Below the pieces are notes generated by a model. That model was not told the origin of the DNA and did not search any database. It saw only the letters and a program-made list of their open reading frames with translations. Position numbers and translations under genes: made by a program. Of a stretch of DNA of 64,000 nucleotides, positions 1-14,172 are shown one piece after another. Each line of letters starts with the position of its first letter. Positions within the stretch are counted from its first letter, which is position 1. The DNA lies in the NCBI GenBank assembly GCA_951406725.2, contig OX597820.1, forward strand, positions 46,934,001-46,998,000. Reading direction: 5' to 3'. The stretch comes from Octopus vulgaris. Lineage: Eukaryota.

Positions 1-90
1 CTCAGAATACAAAGGGACGTAAGTAACCGTGTTTCTTACTTTGCAATCGGTTAGTTTCGTATTTTTTCGTCAACCATCGTGACAAATGAC

Positions 91-154
91 CCGGAAGTAT
101 ATGTTGGCCAATGGCAGAAAAACACGAATAGACAGAACGAATATATTGGCAACG
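91..154 (+). promoter_or_regulatory. DNAJC3 proximal promoter: ETS-like CCGGAAGT (91-98), ERSE-I-like CCAAT-N9-ACACG (108-126), reverse CCAAT/ATTGG (145-149)
   Basis: Motifs read directly 35-95 nt upstream of the ATG. The ERSE consensus is CCAAT-N9-CCACG (1 mismatch here). DNAJC3 is an established UPR target. Confidence 0.6.
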
Positions 155-184
155 TTGAGGGGTTTGTTAGTTTAGTAGAGAAAT

Positions 185-251
185 ATGTTAGGCTCCAGTG
201 ATATACCACCTCTTGTTGCTCTGGTGTTTTCGATCACGCTGAAACTGTCGG
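185..251 (+). CDS. DNAJC3: DNAJC3 exon 1 (signal peptide MLGSSDIPPLVALVFSITLKLS)
   Basis: ATG with in-frame upstream TAG at 176, hydrophobic leader, GTAAGT donor at 252. Phase 1 matches exon 2. Confidence 0.8.
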
Positions 252-3200
252 GTAAGTAAATGATTCCTTTGTGATTGAGAGAGGGAGAGATGGAGAGGAA
301 TGTAATGCTAAAGAGGTGTGAATAGAGGAGAAACTTAGTATGTGTTCACTTTTCCGTGATGTTAGGGCGAAGAGCCCTTCTCTTTTCATTTGAGATGAAA
401 ATGAAGTGTAATAATCATAGACAACAGTTAATACTCCGGCAACCACTATTTCATAAACAACGAGAAAGTGCATCTGACCTAGGCGTGAGAACGCTCAGCT
501 AGATACTTTAACAAAATAACTAGACTTGTCCTCCAGTTGTGGTTTCAGTACCATTTCGTTGCTTCGCATATTTTTCATTGCCCACCTGGGTCACGCATGA
601 ATTGAGTATTGTTTATATTCTGGGGCTCGGTATAATCGTTTCTGTCCTTCCTTGGTTTTCTTTCAAAATTCGTCTCCTGACTATTAAAAGTAATTATCTA
701 ATTAAATGTTTTAACCTGCCACCAGGTATGAGAGTTCGTACCTTGCTTCCCCCCCCCTCTCTGTTTCCCTATTTGTCATCACGCCTTGAACAAACATGTG
801 ACGAAGGTGGAACTCTTGATATCGTCTGCTCCACCTTTATAAAAAAAAATATTGAAAAAAATGTTTATTGTTGTTTGTGTCGGTTTTGATTGCGTCTCCC
901 TTTAGATTCTTTTAGGATTCGATCCCTCATTGAAATTGCTTCTTTGATTTGTAATTTTGAGCGGAAAAAATTTGAACGTGCCTTCATATGAATACTTATT
1001 GTAAACCCAGCAATTCCCCTAGCTTATCTACTTCTGCTAAGAAGTTTGGATCTGTATATCAACTTCGTTTTACCACATGCACAAAATGCACAAATATACA
1101 CTTTACCGAGTCTTTTGGTTTTTCTCTCTCTCTTTCTCTCTCTTTGTGTACATAGCGAGTATGTCTGCTTCTTTCTCTCCCTCCGATATATATGTTTGTG
1201 TGTGTCGTTTTGCATTTCTCTCTTGTTTTAACCATGTATATCTTCTTACCCTCACTGTCTTATTTCTCCACATATCTCCTCTAATTTGTTCTCTTCTCTT
1301 CTCTTTCTCCCCCCACCTCTCTCTCTCTCAACCTCTAACTACATTAAAAAGGTCTCATTTTGATTTTGCAATAACCGACCCCCATCCAGGTTTAGATCCA
1401 GAATTTCGAATGTGTGTATGCGTAAACTCAAACTATCTTTGCAAAAGTTTTGCATAAGTCTTTAAGATTGTATCCTTGGGGAGGTAGGCGGTGTGACAGA
1501 TCCTGTTGACATCGCACTCACACCACATATAGGATTTGTTTTATTTACGATTCCGACTAGTTTCGCATTCCTTTCATGAATGAAAAGGCAGAAAGGGTGT
1601 GTCATGTGAACTTGGATCCACGGATTGAAACCTGATACATTTCATGCACTACATCTTTCTGTGTATGTACTCAATGTACCACAGCTGTTGTTGCTGTTGG
1701 TTTATTTACTGCCGTTGTCGTTGTTTAGCCTCAGGTCACTTCAGATCCAGAAAACTTTTTCTGAAAACTGTCCGGCCATGATCATTTTATATTTTGTTGC
1801 TGTATGTGTTTAAGATTGTAATTTGCTGAATCGATGGAAATTTAGCTGCTATTTTTAGCAAAACTCAGTTACTTCGACGAGATATCATTATTATTATTGA
1901 TGGTGATAGTGGTGGTGATGGGTGTGATATTTGTTTTTGTTGGTTGTGAACGAATCACGTATTATTATTGAATTGTTATAGTTTTCAGGCGCTCGATAGT
2001 GGTGGTGGTGGAAGTGATAGTTGTACCAATTGTGTTGGTGGAGGTGGTGTTATTTATATAATACGGTTTGCTGTCGTGTCCTTATTCCTTTGGACAGGAG
2101 CGCTGTTCAATAATAACTATGATCAACAACAGTCAGGCGCCGTCGAGGAAAGACCATTCAGCTAATCCTGCTCCACCACATCATCCATACCAGATCAATC
2201 AATGACTCAACCATCATAAACATCACCTCTATCGGTTTGACTTAATTACATATCTCATTATTAAAGAGGTATTATTATTTTTTTTTTGTTAATTTGACAG
2301 TTCAGAGTTATCTTTGAACTGTTGATTTTTTTTTTAGAGAAATTATTACAACATTGACTCTGTCACAAAATTCTTGGTATTTATTTAAACAAATTTGTGG
2401 AATGAATCCCAAGGAATATACCCCATGAGTTCTCAGCAGCACTGAAAGTATACTGAACTGATTAAAACCTTTGAGATTTTAAAAATTTCTTTATTTAATA
2501 CAATGGCTATAGAAACACTGCCAGATCAGACTGGAGCCTGGTGCAGCCTTCTGGCTTCCCAGATCCCCGGTCGAACCGTCCAACCCATGCTAGCGTGGAG
2601 AACGGACGTTAAACGATGATGATGATGGTTCTCAGTCGGGGTCGACTTGACCCCTGGGGATCCATATAGAATATGAGGATGGGTGAATCCACATAAGCAA
2701 AACAGTAAATTGGGGGGGGTTAACGGTAGTATTTTTGAGGTTAATGGGAAAACTTTAGCTTTAGATGTATTTACTGTAAGAAACAGGTGGCCCCACTCTC
2801 ATTATGCTGCATTGTTATTGTACTTTTCTGTTGTTTCTTGTACAACTAATAGCATCATGAGATAAGTGAACTCTTAGAGGTACTTATGTTTTTCTGGGCT
2901 TCAACAGGAACTTCTACGCATACTATCATTATTCTTACACAAGCATAGTCTGGAAATATCTGTTTACAGTACAGCATATTATTGCAGCTCTCCCTTCATC
3001 ATCCATTTTACACTTACTTTTCCTGTTGGCATGGGTTTGATGCATCATCACAGTCTGAGTCAGATCTTATCCAGAATTACTGCTCTCACAAACAGGTTGG
3101 GGGACCATTGTTCCTATGGCTGGATGCTCTTCCTGATACCAATCACTCTGTAGAGTGTACTGTGCACAGTTTATTATAGAACCAGCATTAGAGAGGTTGA

Positions 3201-3505
3201 CATGACCTTGGAAAAACTAAAGGGCCTTTTTGACCCTATGCTATTAAAGTTCCTTAGTAGGAAGCTTAAAAACCATTGTTTAACTGGTTTTAATTATCTA
3301 ATACATGATGTCTTAGTCTCTAATACATGATGTGTTGTGCATAAATAGTTATCAATTATTTAATTATGTCACTGAAAAATACTGTGCAAAATAATGTGCA
3401 AATTAGTTGTGCCATTAAGACAGAGTTCTAATTGGTAATAGGCAGTGGTTATTCGTTATTTCATTAAAGATTTCTGTTTTGGCTGTGCAGACTTAATCAT
3501 GAGTG

Positions 3506-3542
<37 letters not shown>

Positions 3543-4779
3543 AATATTATATATTATGGCATTTATTTCAATTAGCTATTATACTTTTTATTACATTAAT
3601 TGAGAAAGTAACTATTTAATAGATAATTGAATTGAATTAAATTAAGAAAATATGAAGTACACCGTAATAATTATTTAATAATCTTGTAAGATACTCTCCA
3701 GCTGTTCATGGTTGGCTAACATCATCCTGCCCAGAGTGTGGTGGGACATTGATGTCTTGCTGGGATTCAGCGACTTGATCAGGCCGACCAAGGTGGAGGA
3801 CTCCACTACATGCTGTGGTAGCATGTTGTTGACAAACAGGTCTACAATCCTTTTGTTGCCATAGAGTAACAGATGCCATTGCTAGCAGTTTGGGCAAATG
3901 CCTTGATAATGCTGGGCTGGCATGCTTTCTTTGTATATGGCTGCAACGACTGGCTACTGGCACTGCTACCAGAAGAATCTCTGTGTTTCCCATGGGAAAG
4001 CTGGCCTTGATCTTCTCCTCAAACTAGATGGCATGCAACTTGGTGTTTCCTCTTGACATGTGACAAGTTGTAGAGGCTTGCCACTTGTCCCTTGATGAGG
4101 TTCTCCTTGGGCTGGCACATGACACACTGGGAGTACAGGATTTTGGCATTCCTCTTCTCCCTTTATGTAAGGACAAAGTAATCCCCCATGTGGGGCCATG
4201 AGTTCTGAGACTTCTGGCTCTCAACCTGAGCAATCTCTGTCTCACCCACAACTGATGCAGACTCCTCTACAGGCTCTGATCCTTAGGTTGAACAAAAACA
4301 TCTTCACCTTCCATAACAATAAGCCTGTAACATACACTGCTGTTGCTGACACTGTAAGACTGTCTGTAATGTAACAACATCGTTAGTGAACACAACTCAA
4401 AACTGCAAAATCAACCTATCACATCTTGTCACATGTACATGTAATCAGCCAATAGTGTAGCTGATGGACTCTTTGAGACAAAATCACAACAGACAAAAAC
4501 AAACGTATGAATTTTGTTGGCAGACCCAATTTTAGCGGAAGCTAACTGGTCCACTAATGGTTTCCAAAGTTTGTGAAAATACTAATCTGCGAAACAAAAA
4601 GTTAGCTTCGCTAATTAGCTGTTAGCATATTAGCGGAACCATGCCCACCACTGGTGAGAGGTTTAAATAATGAGTTACCGTAGGTTCTCTTCATAGGCAG
4701 AGAAATGAGGATGATTTGTTTTGTGAATAACTTTCAGCAAACTATGAAACATGTGAAGGCAATTCGTTTTTATACAACA

Positions 4780-6050
4780 TTAATACCTTCAGGTAAATGG
4801 CCCCGCTTGATCTGTAGAAAAGGTGTTGGTAGAAATTCCATAAGATGTATCCAGTGTAAGCTATGGATACATAAGAGGTGCAGTAATATCAAAGCAAGCC
4901 TAACTGGGAAGATAGTTTTTGTGTGGAAAATGCTCAGGAGCAATAAACACTGAAAATGTGCAGAAAACAGCTTCCGTCATATTCCAAGGAGTAAAAAAGT
5001 ACAAGTAGTTGATAGCTTCCATTACCTCGGTGACCAAGTCAGTAGCGGGGTGGATGCTCTGAAAGTATAGCTGCTAGAATAAGAATAGCCTGAGCAAAGT
5101 TCATATAGCTCTTACCTCTCCTGGTGACAAAGGGCCTCTCACTCAGAATAAAAGGTAGTCTATTACGCATGTGTAATAGCCTTGCTACATGGCAGTGAAA
5201 CATGGGCCATGACTGCTGAGGATATGCGTAAACTTGCAAGGAATGAAGGCAGTATGCTCCGCTGGATATGTAATGTCAGTGTGCATGCATGACAAAGTGT
5301 AAGTGCCCTGAGAGAAAAGTTGGACTTAAGAAGCATCAGATGTGGTGTGCAAGAGAGATGACTATGCTAGTATGGTCATGTGTTGTGTATGGATGTGGAC
5401 AGCTGTGTGAAAAAGTGTTACACCCTAGCAGTAGAGGGAACCTGTGGAAGAGGTAGACCCAAGAAGACCTAGGATGTGGTGGTGAAGCATGACCTTTGAA
5501 CATTGGGCCTCACTGAAGCGATGACAACTGACTGAGATCTTTGGAGATATGCTGTGCTTAAGAAGACCCAGTAAGTCAAGTAAGACTGTAACTGGGGCCT
5601 ATGCCAGTGCAGCATAACCAGCCCATTTAGGAATACCCTTCAATCATTGGCCAATAAACTGCGCTTGCGAAGACCTGTTGAGGCAAGTGAATTGTTGTGG
5701 CTGATGACAGTACTGCCTGATTGGCACCCATGCCAGTGAACGTTAAAAGCACCATTCGAGTGTGATCGTTGCCAGTGCACCCGATTGACTCTCGTACCGG
5801 TGGCATGTAAAAAGTACTATTCAAGTTTGGTTGATGCCAGTACCACCTGACTGGCCCTTGTGCCGGTGTCATGTAAAAAGCACCCACTACACTCTTGGAG
5901 TGGTTGGCATGTTAAGAAGGGCACCCAGCTGTAAAAACTTTGCAAGATCAGATTGGAGCCTGGTACAGCCTTCTGGCTTGCCAGCCCTCAGTCAAACCGT
6001 TCAACCCGTGCCAGCATGGAAAGCAGACGCTAAACGATGATGATGTTGAT
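4780..6050 (+). mobile_element. Decayed 5'-truncated RTE-type LINE (same family as 27887)
   Basis: [26 protein letters not shown] peptide, homologous 3' UTR, (GAT)n tail, several stops. Confidence 0.9.
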
Positions 6051-6084
6051 GAAATATACATATATGTACATATATATATATATA

Positions 6085-6535
6085 TATTTAACAATTAAGG
6101 ATAACTTCTTAATAAGGAATCTTAACAAGAAATTATCAGGTAGATAGCGTGAAAAACCTCATAAGAGAAAAATTTCAAAAATAATTCTTTCTTATTGAAC
6201 ATATTAATTTATATATAGAGGGCATTATTACACATAAATGCCTCACGCTAAGAGGGACATCAGTCATTTCTACCAAAAATTTTACTAATCATACCCAATG
6301 CAATTTTTCAAAGCAAGACATTTAAAAAATGAATTTAGTCTTATATCACCTGTGATTTTGCACTTACCGCAGAAGAATTTGCGACCATGCTCATCCGTAA
6401 GACTGATTCTGAACATATCATAAATAAACGACCAGTACCGTCAAAGTCGAACAGCCAACTGCCCTATTCCAACGAAGCACATGGAGAAGTTTACAAATCA
6501 TATATCCGGTAAATGGCGGGCTTCTTCGAATTGCA
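6085..6535 (-). mobile_element. PLE-like terminal fragment between (TA)n tracts with a degenerate type I hammerhead at 6337-6404
   Basis: Minus strand: AGTCTTA-CGGATGA-GCA..TGC-AAAA-TCAC.GTGA-TA-TAAGACT. All three stems present, two core substitutions. Confidence 0.6.
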
Positions 6536-7869
6536 TATATATATATATATATATATCTACAGGATATAATCGATTATTTGGTAAAAGTTTTGTTAAAAAG
6601 CATCCATTTTTCTAGAAGTTATGAGGCAACAAAATCGGTGGAGTATTAAACTTCAGTGATGCCTTTTTTCAATAAAAGTTAATGGATTTACGATTAACGA
6701 AGTTAACTTTTTGATTAACAGAGTTGATTTCAGAGGAATTTGAACTCAGAATGAATGTAAAGGTATCATGTTAATTATGTTGACTTGAACATAACACATT
6801 AGAATTAATGTTAACAATGAGCCAACTGCAACCTGTAATTTGAAAATAATTTTTGTCTTTTTTCCTCCACTCTGACTAGCCTTCTCACAGGGAAATAAAT
6901 AAATCTCATTATTTTTGTTAAAGTCAACCACATGCATATCAACAAGATTAAACCCTCAGCTACCTTTATTAACCACTGCAAGGTCCAGTCCTTGTAGTAG
7001 TGAGGTGGTTTGTGTGCCTCAATGTTCCTGAGAGCCATGTCGGCAGAACACAAGCTTTTTACGGGAGCCTAACATGATGGACATGTCAAAGGATAAAGGC
7101 CAGACTGATATAGACTGCCTCTTCCCAGATGTAAAAAAGGGTTTGCATAGAGCCAACATTCCTACCTAGGAAAAGTAAAGTTACAGAACCATTGATGACT
7201 ATAACAAAACCAACAAGAACTGTGAGAACAAGAGAAACATTTGGCATGGTACAGCAAAAACCAAAAGGTAGAGCTGAGCTGAAAAAGCAGGGATACAACT
7301 AGAAAGAAGCAGAAAAGACAGCCCAAAGTTGAGAAAAGTGCTAAGAAGTTGTCAATGACTTACTCTCCACAGGGACTGAAAGGCTTATGTATCATTACTA
7401 ACTTTCCAAGGTCTGGCCTAATCTTTTCATTTTAAGTATCTCACCAACCAGCTTCTCCTACTTATATTAATTCAAACAATTTACACCTTACCACACAGAC
7501 CATTCTTACCACTGCATATCCAAACATAATAAAGCTATCTTTCACTGCTCTCTATCAAATAAAACCTCCATCTTCAACTAAGGCAATCCTAAGTAGAAAA
7601 AGAACAGTAAAAGGTTGCTATTACTACCAAATTATCAAAATCATGTTTACTAGTCTAGTTAACTGACTCCAATCTGGGGAAATTCCTATTCAATAACAGT
7701 AAACTCTGAAATCCAAGGAAACTAGTGATGGCTTGTTCTAGCAACAGGTAATCAATCTGAGAGTGAAATAAGTGCATTTGTTGTGAGAAGTGTTGAATCT
7801 CATGTCCTGGAGGTACATCAATTTGCTTGACTCCTTACTCAACAAAACCATTTTATTCACCTTCAGCAT

Positions 7870-8900
7870 TAAAGAGAATTATATCTTTTATTTTTTTGCA
7901 TGATGTACTATGGGCCATTATGAAGAGATTCGACATGGAGTATAAGTTGACTCACACCATCCAACAGCTTTACAACAAGGCATCATGTGTAGTACTCACA
8001 CAAGACCCATTAAAGCTGCTTTTATACTGGAAACAGAAGGGCATCAGAGTTGCCTCCTTTCCCCTCATTGTCTTCAATGCCGTTTTTGAAAAGATTTTGA
8101 GTAATACTCTTGAAGACCACATGGGCAAGGTCAGTATTGGAGTGAGACACATCAAAAACCCTAAAATTTGCAGACGATATTGATGGATCAACAGGAAAGA
8201 AGGATCAATCAGTCACCTTCGTAGAGCCTTCATCAAGTTTGAAATGAAAATCAATGCTAAACTAAACTCATGATAAATGCTAACAGTGTCATCCCAACAT
8301 GCAATTTTGTTCAGGAACAGAGATGAGAGATAGCACAGCAGCTTGAATATCTAAGGGAAGATCTCTAATAATGAAGGGTCAAAACCAGGACTCTTCCAAG
8401 AGCTGTACAATGACTGCACTAAACAAACTCAGGCCAGTATGGAGAGATAAAAACATCACCATCAAAAAAATAGTTCAGACTACTGAAATGCATTGGTGTT
8501 CTCTATCATCCTGTTTGCATGCAAGACACTGACCCTTACTGCAGAGATACAGACAAATATACAGGTACTGAAAATGTGATGCTACTGCAACATTTTAGGC
8601 ATATCAGCCTGGAACCACATCACAAACAAGCAAATCTCTGAAACTAAATCATCCAGTAATCATTGGCTCTCATGAAGACTTACTCAGAATGTTGAAGTAC
8701 AGAAAACTGAGGAGGTCTAGACATGTAACAAGGTATAGTGGCTTTGCAGAACCAGTTCTTTTGGAAACTGTGGAGGAAAAAGAAGAGGTAGACAGGAAAA
8801 GACGGACGACACTTACAAATGGACAAGCTGTGGCATATGGAGAACACTGGCATACAGCATGTCATAATGGTACCCCCTGCAACTCCATCATGAGTTGAAG
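7870..8900 (+). mobile_element. Old decayed RTE/BovB-like LINE RT fragment
   Basis: Frameshifted RT peptides (LWAIMKRF..LTHTIQQLYNKA; FNAVFEKIL; FAD-like motif) and an RTE-like C-terminus. Confidence 0.7.
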
Positions 8901-9631
8901 CTCAAGCAGGCAACAATACCTCTTCCTTTGCCTTTTATCATTCTCATGGTCTGAAATAGATTGTATTCAGTCAGTGTGCCATTTTATGAGAGGTTGCATC
9001 TGAACCTTACATGAATTTGGTGAGACGGCTGCATTTCCATTTTACAGACAAAATGGTGAGCAGATTACTTGGCATTGTAATTTCTTCTCAACATGGATTT
9101 TGTGAGAGGCCAACATCCTCATCCGATCAACTGAACTGACTTGTATTATTATATTTTAACAACATGAAATTAGTTCAAAAATAAGCATATGTTAAAGAAG
9201 TTGAAGGCTGCATTCCTAGTTCAGAAAGTTGCAGATGATCTCTGATAGCATTTACATTCTTGTTTCATTCTTTATTTATTTATTTATTTTTTTGTGATAC
9301 AGCCATTGTGTAAGTTAGAGGGAGGGCAGCTTGTTAATAAATGCATTTTAATAAAGCAAAAAGAGCAAGAAAAGAAAAGAAAGGTGTGTGTGTGTGTGTA
9401 TCACATCATCATTTAACCACCTATTTTCCATGCTGGTATAGGTTGGACAGTTTGACAGGGTCTCTATCAAGCTCCAGTGTCAGCTTCAGTATGGTTTCTA
9501 TGGATGTCCTTCCTAACACCAACCACTTTATAGCATGTACTGAGTGCTAGGAGAAGGAAAACGAAAATGTCCCCTTAACTAAGTCGGGCGGGAGATTGTT
9601 GAACACATGATGCTGTGGGGCTATATATATA

Positions 9632-9966
9632 CACAAGGTAGTATCAGAAAGTTCTTGGACTAGTTCTATAGTGTGCCAACAGATGGCAGCACACTGTTGC
9701 GTGCGCAGTGAGAGCTAGCAGTGACCTTCATGAAGCAGTGTGTCAATTGACGCCGCTGTGTTTACTTCGCTAGTTGTGAAATTTGTGTTTTTGTGATTAC
9801 ATGTATGCTGCAGTCTGCAATTTTGTCATAGACAGGAAATTGGAACAAAGAGCCAATGTGAAATTTTGGGTTAAACTTGGGAAGTCTGCTACAGAGACAT
9901 AGAGCAGTCTCTGGCAAGCTTATGGTGATGAGGCGATGGGTCATACACAATGTTTCAAGTGGCACA
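9632..9966 (+). mobile_element. Mariner 5' fragment (TIR plus transposase N-terminus LEQRANVKFWVKLGKSATET)
   Basis: TIR-like ggtagtatcagaaagttcttggactag; mariner HTH N-terminal peptide. Confidence 0.75.
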
Positions 9967-10061
9967 GTATGTATGTATGTATATATATATACATATATAT
10001 ATATATGTAACACTATATAGAATGTATGTGTGCATATATATATCACTATATAGTATGTATG

Positions 10062-10094
<33 letters not shown>

Positions 10095-10146
10095 GTATCA
10101 CTATATAGTATGTGTGTGTGTGCATATATATATATACATACATATG

Positions 10147-10982
10147 TATGAGGTGGTATGGAAAAGTTCTTGGACTAGCTATGTTTAATGAAAAAGAACC
10201 GATTTACCTAAGCTTTAGCATCATCTCCTTTGAAATAGTCACCCTGCACAACAATACATCAGTTCCAGCATTCCTACCACTTTTGGAATCCAGCCTGGAA
10301 GTTGTTTTCCATAAGCAAGTCAAAGACCTTCTGCAATTCACTCTGGATCTCAACAACGATGTTAAAATGGCGACCTTTGTACTGCCTTTCCATTTTGCAG
10401 GTGCTAAATCTGGTGAGTAGGGTGGATGCAGAAGCAGTACTGTGTTGTTTTTGACAAGAAACTCGTGAGTGAGGAGAGCTCGGTGAAGAATCCAATTCTT
10501 CGTGCTCCACAGATCTGGTCACTTTCACCGAATGTCCTCCTTTAAATTCTTCAAAACGTCACAGCAGAACTCATGATTGACAGTCTGGCCCTAGGGGATG
10601 AATTCTTGATGCACAATAAAGGTGTAGGAGTGGCTGTGTGGTAAGTAGCTTGCTTACGAATCACATGCAAGTGCTTTCAACTATAGCCTCAGGCCGACCA
10701 AAGCCTTGTGAGTGAATTTGGTAGACAGAAACTGTATATATATATATATATATATATATCTTTTTACTACCCACAAGGGGCTAAACACAGTGGGGACAAA
10801 CAAGGACAGACAAATGAATTAAGTTGATTATATCGACCCCAGTGCGTAACTGGTACTTAATTTATCGACCCCGAAAGGATGAAAGGCAAAGTCGACCTTG
10901 GCGGAATTTCAACTCGGAACGTAACGACAGACAAAATACGGCTACGAATTTCGCCCGGCGTGCTAACGTTTCTGCCAGCTTG

Positions 10983-11015
<33 letters not shown>

Positions 11016-11550
11016 GTATGTGTGTATATGTTTGTGTGTCTGTATTTGTCCCCCCCCCCCAACATCGCTTGACAACCAATGCTGGTGTGTTTACGTCCTC
11101 GTAACAAAAGGGACCGATAGAATAAGTACTAGGCTTACAAAGAATAAATCCTGGGGTCGATTTGCTCGACTAAAGGCGATGCTCCAGCATGGCCACAGTC
11201 AAATGACTGAAACAAGTAAAAGAGTTAAAAGACTAAAACCGCTAATGTCGAAAGAAACAATGAGCTTGCTTTTAATTGAGCTGTGGCTCCATCATGCCTT
11301 TTTGGCCGTCGTCGAGATGAAGAGCTCTTCCATTGTGACGACTGCTGCTTCATCTCAGGGAGGCATACCTACCTGTAGACCCAACTCTCGTGACCGGTGA
11401 TGATCCTTGACATGAAGGATGGGTCATCAGCAACACACTGATGGAGACCCTGACAGACTTCAATGCAATGTTCTTTCTGTTCAGTAGTCAGCAGGTGGAG
11501 TACAAACATGGCAAAAACATGCCGCATGTTCAATTCAGACATTAGGATGA
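10147..11550 (-). mobile_element. Mariner middle and 3' fragment, interrupted by nested SINEs (10620-11230)
   Basis: Peptides DPSFMSRIITGHESWVY and KGRHFNIVVEIQ..FQAGFQKW; TIR at 10147-10178. Confidence 0.8.
10620..11230 (+). mobile_element. tRNA-derived SINE family B with a family-A SINE nested in its internal microsatellite. Other B copies: ~20563-20990(-), 40270-40512(-), 46565-47175, 52425-52755, 54806-55460, 57510-57660, 59340-59550, 62706-62840(-), 63725-64000(-)
   Basis: Recurring head gtggtaagtagcttgct..., body gccgaccaaagccttgtgagtggatttggtagac and tail gctccagcatggccacagtcaaatgactgaaacaagtaaaaga. Confidence 0.85.
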
Positions 11551-12051
11551 TACATATATATATATATACACACACATACATACTACATAGCGATACATAT
11601 ATATATATAGATCAATAAAATAAAGTAACAGTCAAGTACTGTGCTTGATGTCTAAACTCTACTTCCCTTTGCTTTTGCTACAAATCATCATCATCGTCAT
11701 CATTGTTGGACAAAATGCTTAGCAGCATTTCATTGGTCTTTATGTTCTGAGTTGCAGATTCCATTGAAGTCAACTTTGTTTATCATCCGTTTGATGGGAT
11801 CAATAAAATAAGTACCAGTTGCACACTGGGGTCGATGTAACCAACTTATACTCTTCCCTGAAACTGCTGACCTTGTACCAAAATTTGAAATCATTATTAA
11901 TCCTTTTGGGGGTCGATAAATGAAGTACCAGTGAAACATTGGGGTGGGGAGGTGATGTAATCAACTTAATCCCCTTCCTTGTGGCAAAAACTTGAAAGCT
12001 GTCCTTGTGGCAAAAACTTGAAATCATTATCATTATTGTTATTATTATTAT

Positions 12052-12810
12052 TATTACCTCTGCCTTAGTAAAGGCAGGCGTGTAGTGACGTCATATTTCA
12101 GTGTGCGGGGTTGGAACCTTCTGGAAAGGCATAAGGAAGTTCCCTTATGCACATGCGCTAGAGACTGAAGAATAAATTCTATAGCGTTCCTTAATAGCGT
12201 CGGGGACTTGAGACACGGCGATAGAAGAGAAAGGACGTATTTTTAAACGTTCAGCCTATTCTCCTGTCCCAGACGCTTAGGATTTAACCTGTTCTATTAA
12301 TGCTGAATTGTTGTAAGAAGCTTACAAACGTTAGAATTCAGCCTTACTGTGTTGAACTAGGTGGATACCAGTATACCATCGTGTTTCGTTGTTGAAGAAG
12401 AGAATAAAGAATTGTATATATTTTTAAACTTGCGTTTCGTTCCTGACTGGTAGTTTCTAGAAACAAAAGAAAGGAAATTGTGTTGCACCCAAGTTGCACC
12501 CCAAAAGTGTAAAGAAGCAACCAGTTCCCTTTACAGGGGTATTGTTTCCAGTCATGTCTGTTTGTTTATTTGTCCATGGACAAGATATCTCAAGAACCAT
12601 TGGATGGATTTGGATGAAACTTTCAGGGGTATTTGGCCTCATGACTGGCACAAACCGATTAGATTTTGGGATTGATCTGTTACTGGACAAGGATTCTGGA
12701 TTATTTTTCTGTAATTTTTTACTTAATTTTTGAAAGCAGTCGGGTTCATTTTTAGTATTCTTGTTTATGAGAGCAGTTGTTTATTTCAGATATTCTCTGA
12801 GTGCTCTTGT
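12052..12810 (+). mobile_element. Helentron-associated (HINE/DINE-like) non-autonomous element, split by a solo LTR
   Basis: 5' ttattacctctgccttagtaaaggc hairpin, tgtt/gtcc microrepeat, ggatggatttggatgaaacttt core, 3' ctctgagtgctcttgtt. Confidence 0.5.
12081..12535 (+). mobile_element. Solo LTR (455 bp)
   Basis: TGTA...TACA termini, internal AATAAA, imperfect 4-bp TSD GGCG/GGGG; interrupts another repeat. Confidence 0.65.
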
Positions 12811-13210
12811 TGTTGTTATTATTGTTATTATTATTATCATTATACGTGACTACACATTTCTGTTTTAATGGTATGTGTAGCAATGTTATTGGTGGTGACT
12901 GTTGACTAATGGAAGCGGATAGATTTGACGGTTGCCTCTGAATGTGACATCTGTCACTTTCATATGTGACCATCAGTCTAGCTACATGCATTGTTGAATT
13001 TCATTCACTGCCAACAGCATTGCTACATGTGCCATTTCAAAAGAAATGTGTAAAGTCACGTGGTAGTCTCATAATAGTACTAACTATCATGAAATGATAG
13101 TCAACACATTCTCACCACCACCACCACCACCATTACCAACCTCAATTGTGTCATTATTAGATTATTTGCTTATTTCTTTCTACCATCGTATTATAAAAGT
13201 ATGAGTGTGT

Positions 13211-13258
<48 letters not shown>

Positions 13259-14172
13259 AATAGCATACTGAAAGAGAAAAAAAAGCAGTAGAGATCAATA
13301 CATAGTGAGAAACAGAGACAGTAAAAAGTAGACTACACAGATATACATTGTATTTGTCTCACGCCTTTCATTGATCACTGGTCTTTATAGCCTTTTTATT
13401 CTGTCTGTATGTCTCCCCCCTCTCTCTCTCCTTAAATGCCATCTGCTCTTTTCAGACATTCTCTGTCAATGACCAGATGATTACATTTATTCTTTCACTA
13501 TCTCTTTGTCACTCCTTCTCTTTCTTTTCCTTCCCTACTTTTCTGCCTACTTCACTTTTCTGTTTTTTACAGACTTTCTCTCCTTGCCATGCTTTTCTCA
13601 TACTTCTCACTCTCTCACCCTCCCTTCCTCTTCCTTGACCACACTACCCTCATTCTCTCCTCCCACCCTAATTTCAAGATCTTTCCCTATTTCTCACTTT
13701 GTCTCTATTAACCTTCTCCTTATCTTGCTGTCCCTTCTTGCTGTCCTTCACCTTGTTTAATCCTCACCCACCTCTTTCTCATTCACTCCCATCTCATTAC
13801 ATGCACTCTCTTCTTTTACATCCCTCACATGATCACCTCCCTCCCCTTATCCTACACCCCTTCCTTTTGTTTCTGATTTCTCTTTTTCTCTCCAATTCTC
13901 AAGTTATTACCTACTCCTTCCCACACTCATATCCCTCTCATATCTCTCTATTATATATTCTTCACCTGGTTTCCTCCTTCTTACCTTCTCCACTTCAGTC
14001 AGAAACTAGAAATGGCCTGAAGGAAAGGCCCAGAAATAGCTTATATCCCTCTGCACACTGTTCAGTTTTGACTCTGTTAATCCATTTCCTAGAAACATGA
14101 TTCTAATTGCCCATTTCATGACATATTTGATGTCTGCTATTGTCTTACATTTTCTGTTTTTTATCTTTACAG

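Noticed and set aside
3443-4653. hAT element bounded by cagtggt/accactg
   Set aside because: Only 7 nt of terminal match and no TSD or transposase recognised.
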